64,000 bases of DNA, from contig OZ316776.1 in NCBI GenBank assembly GCA_973851085.1, positions 8,432,001-8,496,000 on the forward strand. Direction: 5' to 3'. Positions 43,590 through 54,455 of the stretch are shown here, in pieces. The translations under genes were made by a program, and so were the position numbers. The notes beneath the pieces were generated by a model. The model ran no database searches, was not told the origin of the DNA, and worked only from the letters and a program-made list of their open reading frames with translations. The DNA is from Ptychomitrium polyphyllum (Eukaryota). Each line of letters begins with the position of its first letter. The first letter of the stretch is position 1.

Positions 43590-45564
43590 ATGGCGGAGTT
43601 TCACAATCCCTCGAATGCCAGAGGAGTTGAGATGGGTTCGCATACTGGTGACATGACCGGAATGCTTCTTACCTTGCAAGGGAGCATTTATTTTGTGATC
43701 AAGAGACTAAGAATGTCACAAGTGCCCGAGCACACATTGAGTCAATCGTGCAGATTGGTAGGTTACTGCGCCAGACTCAAACAAAGTAGTGAATGTTAAG
43801 CCGAATCATCTTATCCCGTGATCCTTCACACTGGTGTCAAATTTCACTTTAGCAAACTATGCGTTTTTTGCTGTGAGCTTGTTGCAGGTTTGTAAAACTA
43901 CACGAGCTAGCTTGATAATCTGCCTTGGCTCACTTGTGGCCTCGCCAGCTGATTCTATTAACTCTCTGAGCAGTACTCAATCTTCGTGAAAGCCGCCTCT
44001 AACTTCCATCTGAATCTTGTGTTTTTTCTATATAGATGGTCCCTTCATGGTTTGTACGAAAGCATGGTGACAAATTTCACCAAACTGTTGTCCTTCGAAC
44101 TGAAATATCCACAAGACCATGTAGGGTGCGTCTCAGCATTGTCTACACGTCTGCACGGATACCGGAGATCAAATTAGGAAGAGGATGGAGGGAATTTGCT
44201 ACATACAATGAGCTCGTGGTTGGCGACTCGTTGATTTTCGAGCTCAGAGCGATATCTGAATTTAAGGTTCACATCTTCCGCGGAAATGAGAAGTCTAACG
44301 CAGAAGTATCCTCATCTTATAATTCGAAAAAGCGCTGCATTAACTCCGAGCTTTCTCAAGAGAATGGAAAAGATGACTCTGGTGCAGCTTGCAGCAGCCA
44401 TCAGCATCTAGCTGCTGATAGAAGTGCAGGCTCATCGGATGGTTTTAGGTCTCGGATTGCAAAGAGAGAAATCGGAGAGGAAGGAGTAGTCTCTTCTTCC
44501 CCTTCTACCTTGCAAAACTCATCCTTCGTCAACGTGCATCGAGCTTCGCAATTGGTAAGGGGAATCAGTAAATTTTTATCACATGTTCATTAAGAAACTC
44601 TTGTTGAAGCATGTCAGGCAATCTCGTTCACGAATAGATTTTTTAACTCCTTGCATATTGAAGTGTAGAACACATGTAACAAGATTCACCTAATTACTAC
44701 CTGTGGTGACAGGATGTAAAAAATGTGCAAATGTCGTCATTTGGAAAGCGCCGTGACTCGCTTAAAAGCCAAGAACCTCAAGCTATCGGCCATCAGGAGC
44801 TCAAAATGCCTGAGTTCTCTGGGCGAGATGATCGGGCTCAAGTTACTGACGTTAAAAAGACTCACGACAAGGAATTCCAACACCCTGTCAGAGTATCATT
44901 CCCTAGCTTCGTTCAAGGATTGGTGCTATACAATGTTCAGGATGCTGTTGGGAACACATGTGGCGCTGTCTTTGTAAGTTCTATATCCAACTTAATGTTT
45001 GCTACTTTCGGAGCCTAAACCTGGTATAACCGTAAGCCTCAGACGTCTAGTGATTATTCATTGAGCTTGAGGAATAATTTTCGTGGGTTCAGCAACGAGC
45101 ATATGAGTCCGTTAAACATGATTACAGAGCCATGCATATTTCAGATATGATCCGTGAAATCTCCATGCCTTTAGAAGCATCCCTGCAAAATGGTCGCCTC
45201 GCAAATTCTATAAAGCTTCAGCTGCACAAGTATTATGCTATTTTTCGAAGAAGCAGTACAGGGCTATGTTGATGCATTTCTGTTGCAGGAAGTTCCTAAC
45301 AGCTTTGTGATGACGAACGGCATACAACTTCAAGCTGCTCATGTTCATCTCCAAGGAATTCGGGAGGAATCTCCTATTCGACCCGTGACAGCTTGCTTTC
45401 ATAGCATACAGAAGGAGGGTGAGCTATCTACCAGGCCTCTCTTGCGCCTTGGGTGGGGTGACTTTGTAAGGGAGAATGCTCTGCGAGCGGGGCAAGAGCT
45501 TGTCTTCACGCTTATTGCTGAGTCGTTCTTCGCAGTCAGAGAAGTTTCTGAGATTGTCATCTGA
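43590..45564 (+). CDS. Double-B3 domain (REM/VRN1-like) transcription factor; 4 exons
   Basis: Exons 43590-43757, 44036-44554, 44713-44973, 45289-45564. Motifs KLGRGWREFATYNELVVGDSLIFEL and LGWGDFVRENALRAGQELVFTL. Confidence 0.88.
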
Positions 45565-46632
45565 TATACTAAGTAGTCATCTAGTTTCGAACCTTATAAG
45601 ATCGTGATCTAGCAAAAGAATTTTTTCGCAAAGAAACACTTGTCCTCTTTTTCCAGAATGACAATACTTATTTGAGTTTCGAAGTCACTGAGTTATGAAA
45701 GCAGGCAGCAAATTATCAGAACTTCACGGACATGGGCTTGATATCTAACCTAAATTTTAATTAACGACCTCAAGCCGAACTGACTGGAGAAACTTCAAAA
45801 CCTTTCTGTAATACTTCCTAGCCTGTAAATCTTTAGTCTCAGGAAAATCTTTAGTCTCGGGAAGGATCTCTTTGAGCATCATCTCAATGATGTACTTTCT
45901 ACATAACTATACAAGTTACTGCATACAACTAGGTTTGATCTGAAGCAACCAAAATTCCCAGAACTTGTGTTTTCAATATCATTGTACTGACAAATGCAAA
46001 AGCTCGCTATGCTGGCTCTTCACCATGTAATTCATACTGCTTCTACCGTCAACGTGTATTGCGGTAGTTTCAAACTCAGGGTGCTCCTGATCCTGATTAC
46101 TTTTGTAGTATTGGGTGTTCCTGCCACTGTTTGAATGATGGCCACGGTTTAGCTATGTACTTTCAGTCTAGAAACCACAAGAGGGAACGAAAGAGCATTC
46201 GTGCCAGTCTAGACTCCAAGACTACCATCTCGAAATCGTAACCGAACTTGTTAGAACATGGTTCCAAGCAACTCTTATATCAACACTCTTGCTCAGAGTC
46301 TGCAGGCATCCTGTGTGTTTGAATCTCTCAAGAACTCGAGCGTGCATCTGAACGCCGCAATATGTAGTTTTTAGCCTTGGATTAATCTGCAGTGAAGTGC
46401 CGCCCATGTCACTCTGGCATAAGAGTGACTCGTTTTAAGGAAGCATGGATCGTATTTCATCAAGGTCATGACACAGGTGGTATAAGAATGTCTAAAACCT
46501 GTTATTCTCTCCTGTGATAAATTGCAATGTGTGCTACACGGAACACGCTCAGCTCACCACACTAATAATCAAAAACAGAAGTCGAGCATCCCATAATCCT
46601 ATTGACCTCTCAAGGTCATAAACTAGTGTTGA

Positions 46633-46685
46633 ACCGGGTATAGGTATAGTTGTCTCAAACAGGGTATAGGCATCGGTGTCTCAAA
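46633..46685. repeat. 26-bp tandem duplication, each copy containing TGTCTC (AuxRE core)
   Basis: gggtatagg.at.g.tgtctcaaa occurs twice; TGTCTC at 46651 and 46677. Confidence 0.7.
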
Positions 46686-48061
46686 ATGTATTACTAGTTT
46701 GGACTTACAATATCTAAGCCAATAACTGGTATTGAAACAGCAGCATCTTGTAGGACGAAGTTCAGCGATTGTTCGTAGAACGTTAAAATGATGCCAATCC
46801 AGGACGAGCTAATACTTTTGTGATACCCAGGTGGTACCAAGGCAATATTATGGTGGTGAAGGAAGTCCAGGCACGGTAAAGGGATCCTGAACTCTCATAT
46901 TAGTAAATTACCATCCCACAAACGGAGGCACATGTGGAACTTGACATGCCCACTGCGGTACTGCCCAGTGGCAGGTCGAACATAAAGACCCAGAACAATC
47001 ACCGTAGCTGCAACGATTTCAAAGTCTGGTTCGATGGAGACAAAAGTCTTCTTTTATCATTTTACGCTAAGTGCTCCTTCCTATCAATCGATACGTATTC
47101 AAATAACTCATCCAACCACAGCCAAGAGTACCAGTAATTTGATGTACAGTAGTGACGTGGCAGGTCCCCCGACGACTATTAAACGTTTCCTAAATCGAGT
47201 CTAGCCAACTAGATGTCCTTTTAACTCCTATTCTTCTTCAACAAAACCTGTTTTTCCATAAACATTCACTTATATTTCTCATCACTTTCATGATTGAGAT
47301 TAATCTCTTCATCAGATTTTGATAAATCTCTGGAAACCACTAAATAGTTAACATTAAAACCCAAAAGGAATAGAACTTCTACCTTAAAGGCGCTGGGTGA
47401 TAAAGCCCTTAGCTGTCGGTAACAGTGAGCGGGTTCCGTGCTCATCCTTCAACAATAAATCATCGTCCGCCTGAAAACGAAAATCGTTGCCCCCTCACTG
47501 GACCCAGTCATCGATGCCGACGAAAAAAGAATAACAGGAAAAATTGCCTCACGCGCTCCCTCCACTCGTAATTTCGGGGAATCACGCTATAGAACTTCCT
47601 TAAACCATCACCCTTTATGCCGTCACCACACAAACACCCATCTTTATCTCCACAAATTCTAGAGTTCAGAGACAATATTCTATAGATGTAGGTAAACACA
47701 GCTGGTTTGGGGAGCAGTAACGCTTTTGGGCATCGTCGTGAAAAAAACTGTCTGCAATCGCGGTCTGCGTATAAGTGGATTTGCCCGTGGAGGTGACGAG
47801 CATGGGAACAGTCTTGGCGATTGACGCCCGAGAGGAAGCAATCGATTGCAACGATCTGAGCTTATCTCTGGGGTTTGGATTGAATGAAACCGCGACGATT
47901 TGACCTCTGGTGGAGTTTGGTGTGGACTTGAGTTTTTTGAACGAGTTCGCAGTCGTTGGAAGTGAGGCAAGGTGTGACTGAAGGATTGGTTGGACTCGAG
48001 TTGCGGCAGAGTTGCGGGCAGAGTTATTGGAGGAGTGATTTTGTGTGGGGTGGAGAGAAGG

Positions 48062-49057
48062 ATGAATTCATCGGCGGAATTTAAGAGCCTGAGGAATGGA
48101 GAACAATCATCGCCGCGAGCAGGGAGGAACGATTCCGAGAGGTGTCCGTTTACGTCGACTGCATCTCCGACGTCGTCGTCCTCGCCGAGCGCCTCGCCGG
48201 CGCTGCAGCGGGCTTGCGACGTCATCAAGGATACGGTGATTAGAGGGATTCGGAAACTGAGCGCCACCGAGGTGCCGCAGTACAGGGGAGTACGGTATCG
48301 CGAGCAGCTGAACAAGTATGTGTCTGAGATTCGGCCGACACGGTGCTCGAAGAAGATCTGGCTCGGGACGTACGACACTGCGGTGGAGGCAGCGCGAGCG
48401 TTCGACATTGGAAACTTGTGTTGTAAGAAGAAATTGCCGCTCAATTTTGCCGACTCACCGACGATGTTGAAGAAAATCTCCTCGCAGCTGTCCCCCGAAG
48501 AGGCGCGGACCGCCATTGCGAAGCTGGCGAAGGAGGTTGCGCGACTGTATAGCGTGAATCCGAACTCGAACGTTAGCGAAGTTGCGGAACCGGAGCTCTT
48601 CATTCAGGCGGGTATGGCAGTTGCGGACTCTGAAGTCGACCAATTCCAGCCTTTTCAGCCTCGACCTGAGCCTGAGTTATTTCAACAGATTGAACATGGT
48701 GTGCACCATGCAGCTGCTGGGTTCTGCTTCGAAACACGGGCTGAAACGTTCATCGAACAACTCCCGGAAAATTTTGCAGATGTCCGCACTCTGGAAGCTG
48801 CGACGACCATGCCGATGGGACAACGAGGACCTGGCAGCCGTTCTTGGGAATTTGACTTGAGCATCGGCGACGTGAGCATTAGCGGAATGAGCCTCCCCGA
48901 CGACCTCGCAGATATCCCTATCCTCAACGAAACGCAGGACGTCTGCACAGATTTTCAAATGCTTGAAGACCATATCCAGTATGGAGATCATTCATTCTAT
49001 GGAAATCAAATGTATGAAGTTCAGGTTGATGGCGTATCTTTCTATTACAAATTATAG
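48062..49057 (+). CDS. Intronless AP2/ERF transcription factor, DREB-type, with acidic C-terminal region
   Basis: Single AP2 domain YRGVRYREQLNKYVSEIRPTRCSKKIWLGTYDTAVEAARAFD...LNF followed by an LSPEE-like helix. The VSEIR motif is DREB-like. First in-frame ATG at 48062, giving 331 aa. Confidence 0.92.
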   Translation: MNSSAEFKSLRNGEQSSPRAGRNDSERCPFTSTASPTSSSSPSASPALQRACDVIKDTVIRGIRKLSATEVPQYRGVRYREQLNKYVSEIRPTRCSKKIWLGTYDTAVEAARAFDIGNLCCKKKLPLNFADSPTMLKKISSQLSPEEARTAIAKLAKEVARLYSVNPNSNVSEVAEPELFIQAGMAVADSEVDQFQPFQPRPEPELFQQIEHGVHHAAAGFCFETRAETFIEQLPENFADVRTLEAATTMPMGQRGPGSRSWEFDLSIGDVSISGMSLPDDLADIPILNETQDVCTDFQMLEDHIQYGDHSFYGNQMYEVQVDGVSFYYKL

Positions 49058-51064
49058 AACCGCGATCTAGATCACGAATTCAAGCGTTCTTTGATGCGCT
49101 ACGTCCTCAACAGAAGCAAGTTTTCTCTACTCCCTTCAATAGCGCTACTACAATTTTCTACCGGGCATTTGTGTGTGCAGTTCAACACCCGTCACTCTCC
49201 ATTTATTTAGAGTCTCATCATCAACATTTCGCCAATTTCCTCATTCATTTACCAAGGACAGCTATGGGGGGGATTTTTTGAATTTCGGTCAAGTGCGGAC
49301 CAGCGACGAGCACGTGGAGCTTTTTCTTTCGACCAGTACCAATTCATTGTATATTTTGGTTTAGGTCTACAGCATCCCAACATTGCTGTAGACGTCATGG
49401 CTCACACTAGAGGTTTTGTCTACATTTGTAAAATTGGTTTTCGTAGGTAGCTATGTAGTATATTCTGGCAAGTTTGTCTATACCACCACCCGGATTTTAG
49501 AAGTAGCCAGAGACAGACAGCTGTGGGAGGTTTTGCTAAATCCCTTTTTGACATAGGGATCCCTTGTATACAGTGTAGGACAGTTCGATCCACGATCTTG
49601 GAGCAATTGGAGTTATGGTACCATCCTTTTTAGGAAATATCTTTGAAGCATGAACCAAACTAAATTCAGCGTTTGTGGTGTTTCCAATGGTTGTGTAAAC
49701 GTCGTTTCAGGGTTTACCAGCTTTCAGTCTCAAGGTTTGTGTGATTTTGCAGTATTTGGTGACATGGTTGTAGCCGTTCTCATTCTTGTCAGCAAGGACG
49801 CGCGATTTAAGCTTGTCTGCCTGACAAGAAAAAAGACGGGAGCTCCATAATTCCATCGATTGTGACCGCTGACCGTTGCAGGGGCAGACTGGCAGCAACG
49901 CAAACCAATCTTACATACACACCATGTGCCGTGAAGAATGATCGACAGATATGCTACTCATCAGTGGTCTCTTGGGGCACACGAAGCCTTTGTATCAAGT
50001 ACATCTTGTCATGTGAAATTGTTGCCAGTCGTTACAGTGTCGTGACTAATTGCGTATAAATCTTTCTTTGTCGGTTATAAGTTTCTTTCTGGGTGCTTGA
50101 GAAAGATACATCCATTTTTGTTCATACCAAGTTTTCAAGCAGCAGATTCACTCCAAATGTAATCAAAGCGTGTTCGGTACATCAGTACATCCGCAACAAG
50201 GGAAGAACAAAGATTTCAAAATTCACAGCAAATGCCATGCGTTTAGGCAAAGATCTGAATATTTACATAAAAGAGACTCTGAAAACTGAAACAAAGGATT
50301 TGAAGGGACGGCCAGTACCTATGGAAAACTACTCTACATTCTTTACATTTTGTGCAAATCACTTGAAACTGTGAAAGATCTATAGCAGTTCACTTGATGG
50401 AACCCGATGTGCTGCACACATTTTCGCTCCTCAAATCTCGTCCTTCAGATAATGCTTAAACTCTGCTAAAGTCCTTCAGAAATTCAGGTGAGACTAAGTT
50501 TCTACACCATGGCCATGTGAGAATTCCTAAACTTGTACAAATCGGAGCAGCAAGAGGTTGATCTGTTCATGGCCGCACAAGAGTACTCTTCGTCGTCGCT
50601 CTTCTATCGGCGGCAGGGAAAGTACAGCAAGTGGACCATGCTCTGGATCAGCAGCTTTCAGCCACATTGGATGGCTGCTATCACCACCATCTATTGGGGA
50701 GATGGTTATATCATAACGAGGGAGCTTCCACGTTTCCAACAGCGGCTCCTCATGTGATCGACCGAAATAGCGATCTATTTCCACGGACGTATCATCCATA
50801 AGAGGCACAGAAACGTTTCCTCCATGCTCTGGAACAATGTGGCAAATGCAAACGCTCATAGATTTGTTCTAATGAACGAGACTTTGTACTTCTAAATCAC
50901 GAAACCCAGTTCAAGCTGAACTATGACCGTACGACGTGTCACTGGCATGAGTACTACTTCATTTATTCGCAAAACCGTCCTCGATCCTTCAGGAAAAAAA
51001 AAAAAAAAAAACCACTTCCGCAACCCACTTTCAACACGGGTAGTGCATGACAATCCGTGTCAAT

Positions 51065-52216
51065 CTACCCTGCAAGTTGGAGCACACAACCGAACAACTG
51101 CAGCTCCAAGTCAAACTGACAATCAATCCTTCGATCCACCTGTACTGATTCGAGGATAGTGATGTAGTCCCTCTTGAGCATCCATTCCTCTAGCCCTTTA
51201 ATTTCAGGAACTGCACCCCAGGCGACTCGGCCTCTTTCCTCACTCTTAAGCTGAACTGTGAGCTGGTATCTTCTTTTGTAAGGTCCGAAAGAAGCACAAT
51301 AGAAGATGTCTCCTCGGAAATCTCCGGTCACAACCTCATGATAGACCATGTACAGTTCCTGGTCGCTTTGCACTAGCTTGTATTTTTCTTCGCTCTTCAT
51401 TGTGAACACCACTTTTCGAGACATATCAATCTGCGCTGCTTGCATTTGGTGCTGCTTGTCAAAATGCTGCAGAAGTGAAGGTTTCGGACCTTCGAAACTG
51501 CAATCGTGTACTGCGCATTTGTACGGGCGATGCCGACACAGATCGTCCTCGTGCTCTTTCTTCTTAAGAAATCCCAGAAATTCGTTGCACCCATAGACAG
51601 CATTCTTGCATCTTACGGACAGATGCTCCAGGATTTTCTCAACGACGATGCATCGAATGTCCCAAGTCACCTCTTCGCAACTATGACAGCTCCTCTTGGC
51701 CTTCTCAAAGCTGCTCCAACAAGTAGGACAAGCAGTGTGTCCATTCCGGCACTGGCTCTCAAAACAAGCAATTACCATAGTTAGGGGAATAGGGTGCCCA
51801 ACAAAGGCGCTCTAACATGCTGAGAGAGGTAAACAGCAAGGGATTTCTGATCACAGCGTCATACTATTCGCAAGCAACAACAGTAGCATGCGAGTTACCT
51901 GATAAACGGGCAGAAACAGAGGATGGGAGCAAATCGAGCAGTCAAGAGTCTCGGGGTCTGATATATCATAATTGCCCTTCGAAAAGTTTTCTCCGTCCAT
52001 ATGACCCTTCCCCCTTATGACGTTGACCTTCTTCTCAGCTGGTGGAGTGCTCCCTCCTGTTAACTTCTTATCGTCATCTAGCGATGGAGCCTTCCCCAAC
52101 CCAACTGAAGCCGGTAGACTCTCCCGGGCTCTCTTCGCAGGAGGCAGTTGATCATTACACGGGCCGCTACTAGAATGCAGCGGCCGATGCTTAAAGTGGG
52201 CGCTCGCAGGAGGCAT
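51065..52216 (-). CDS. SINA/SIAH-like E3 ubiquitin ligase (RING + SIAH zinc fingers + divergent C-terminal domain); 2 coding exons
   Basis: Exons 52216-51899 and 51751-51065. RING LDCSICSHPLFLPVYQ|CRNGHTACPTC...CHSC; DIRCIVVEKILEHLSVRCKNAVYGC...HEDDLCRHRPYKC...C...LLQHFDKQH. Confidence 0.9.
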
Positions 52217-52691
52217 TGTCACCGACACAACCACCAACTCGCCAACTCGCGCTGGGACCCCGAGTACAATTTCCCTCCAAAGGAAACCCACAGACAGCCA
52301 CTTTTACCTTCGAAACAGCCCAAAATGCACCACTTCCCCGTGTCAGAAAAACAAACCACTTCCAAGCGCCATAACTCCTCCCAGCCGCCACAGACTCAAA
52401 GAAACACCAAAGCTAACTGCTCCTCCAGTAGGACTAAACTACAGCACTGATACAGCGATCACCTCCCGACTCTCCTCACGTCACTCAGCCGACGACGGAC
52501 CTTCCTGCCGATCACCACCAGATGACTTCCCCTACTCCGAAAGACCTATCAAGAACTTCTATCGTCCAAGAAGCCACAACTTTGCATGACATAAACTCGC
52601 AGAATCAACACCGCTCTCGAAACAAGCACTTAGAAAAGACAACGCCCTCCTTTCCCACATCCACTCCTGCTCCTCAAACACTAATGGCTTT

Positions 52692-52730
52692 TTCTCTCTC
52701 GCTCTCTCTCTCTCGCTCTCGCGCTCGCTC
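52692..52730. repeat. (CT)n/(GA)n microsatellite upstream of the SINA-like gene
   Basis: tctctctcgctctctctctctcgctctcgcgctcgctc. Confidence 0.75.
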
Positions 52731-53345
52731 GTTCAACATTACACAGAAAACACTTACATAAAAAGCAGACTCAGTCGATGATAGACCTCATGAACTCATC
52801 ACACCCCTGCTGTTCAGCTGAGCACGTCGTGAAGCTCGTCCACAACGACGCTGCGAGCTCCTTCACTACAAGAGCGACACAAAAAACTCGGTGCACTTTC
52901 CTTGGCATGCAGTATACACATGAGACTCAGTTTCTAAATGCATGTCAGAGAAGAATTCTCCTGCTTCAGCTGCAGTGCTCTTGTGCTGCGGAGCTGCAGA
53001 GCCAATATGTACATATGATTGCGAGTCACAAAAGTGGGCTCTGAGTGCAGTTACCTGGTGAGCACAGTCTTCCAGGCCCTTCCCTGCAAGTAAAATCTGA
53101 GGAAAAGTCTCTGCAACATTCGCCCCCAAGGTGATGATTTGCAGCCAAAGAGCACGGCAGGCACACGGATGCAGAGCGCACAGTGCCCAGTGCACAGTGC
53201 AGCAGCAGTGAGTGGCCTTGGAAGGGGTGTTGAGAATGCCTCTCCCGCCTCCTCTCCCACACTATAGGGGCTGTATGCACAATGAATGCCCTGGGCCCCC
53301 TCCGGGTGCCTTTTTGTACGCACTAATGGCGGTTGATACCCGGCA

Positions 53346-53473
53346 CCCCCCCCCCCCCCCCCCTCGCGAGCTGCAAGGGCCAAGGGTATCTGTACTGGTC
53401 AGATTCGGAGGACTCGTGAGTAGGCATGGATGATTCTAGAAAGAGTTTGGGGGTTGTGGGAGGGGGGGTGGGG
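53346..53473. other. C18 homopolymer and canonical G-quadruplex motif
   Basis: 18 C at 53346-53363; GGGGG-TTGT-GGG-A-GGGGGGG-T-GGGG at 53449-53473. Confidence 0.7.
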
Positions 53474-53787
53474 TGCCCTATTTTGGATTAGGTGATACTT
53501 AGGGTGATGTTGTACTTGGAATTAGGTGATATTCTAGTGATGTTTTTGTCTAGGGTATGTGTGGTGTTTTTCTATTGGTATGTAGGAGTGTAAGGCTAGG
53601 AATCTTGTGGATGAGGACCGTGGGATCAAATCTAGGGTCAAGAACATTGCCAGCAGTTTAAAGGCATCTAAAAGATTTAGATTTAGCCTGGTTGAAAGGA
53701 TTGTTGAGTAGGAAGGACGTTTGTTCTAAGCCTGCTAAAGAAAATATCTTGAGATTTTGTGGTCCAGAGACAGACAGATGATGTTTG

Positions 53788-53867
53788 GGGTCCTGGTCGG
53801 ATGGTACTTTAAGTAGGGTCATGGTCAGAAGGTACTTTAAATAGAGTCACGGTCGGACTATACTTTA
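53788..53867. repeat. 28-bp degenerate tandem repeat, ~3 copies
   Basis: gggtcctggtcggatggtactttaagta / gggtcatggtcagaaggtactttaaata / gagtcacggtcggactatacttt. Confidence 0.8.
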
Positions 53868-54209
53868 CATAATATTCTATTTGGAATATGAAGATACTTT
53901 TGTGATGTTTGAGTTCTTAGTTACTTCTTGGTACTTTTTGGAGTTTGTAAGGCTGACAGTTTGTACATGTAAAGAATCATGGATCTTGTACATGAAGAAT
54001 CTTATGTTTAATGAGCATAAATATGTCTATTATAATTGAACTGTTACAATCAATCACCCTGCAATAATATTTGTAATACAATGATGTTTAAGTTGTCATT
54101 GCAATCATATCTATGCTTTTTTTGTTTGTACTATTTTGCTGTCAACTTAAGGAATATGTGAAATTAGGTAATAGCCATAGAAAGATATATGCTGAAAGAA
54201 AAAGTTGCC

Positions 54210-54455
54210 ACATATTACTTTGAAGTAGTCATCACCTACTTCCAGTCACTTAAATAAGACCCCACAAAAAGTAAAATAAGGTAACTTGTTATCTATCACT
54301 TTTAGAAAAGACTTCATTTCTTTGTAGTCATCTAGATAAGGTTGTACAATGAAATAAAATAGCTTATCATATGTTACTTTTAGAAAAGTCTTCACCTACA
54401 TCTAATCATACATATATTACTTTTAGAGAAGTCTTCACCTACATCCAGTCATACA
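54210..54455. repeat. Cluster of ~45-bp degenerate direct repeats
   Basis: catat(a/g)ttacttttaga(a/g)aagtcttcacctacatc.a.tcatac at ~54368 and ~54411; more diverged copies at ~54210 and ~54295. Confidence 0.75.

Noticed and set aside
47680..48603. 307-aa minus-strand ORF
   Set aside because: Antisense shadow of the GC-rich AP2/ERF exon and its leader; no recognisable domain
50527..50859. 110-aa minus ORF downstream of the SINA-like gene
   Set aside because: No motif; more likely 3'-UTR, and splicing from the SINA end did not give this frame convincingly
53788..54455. Short regularly spaced repeats as a CRISPR-like array
   Set aside because: Degenerate head-to-tail repeats without unique spacers or cas genes, in eukaryotic DNA
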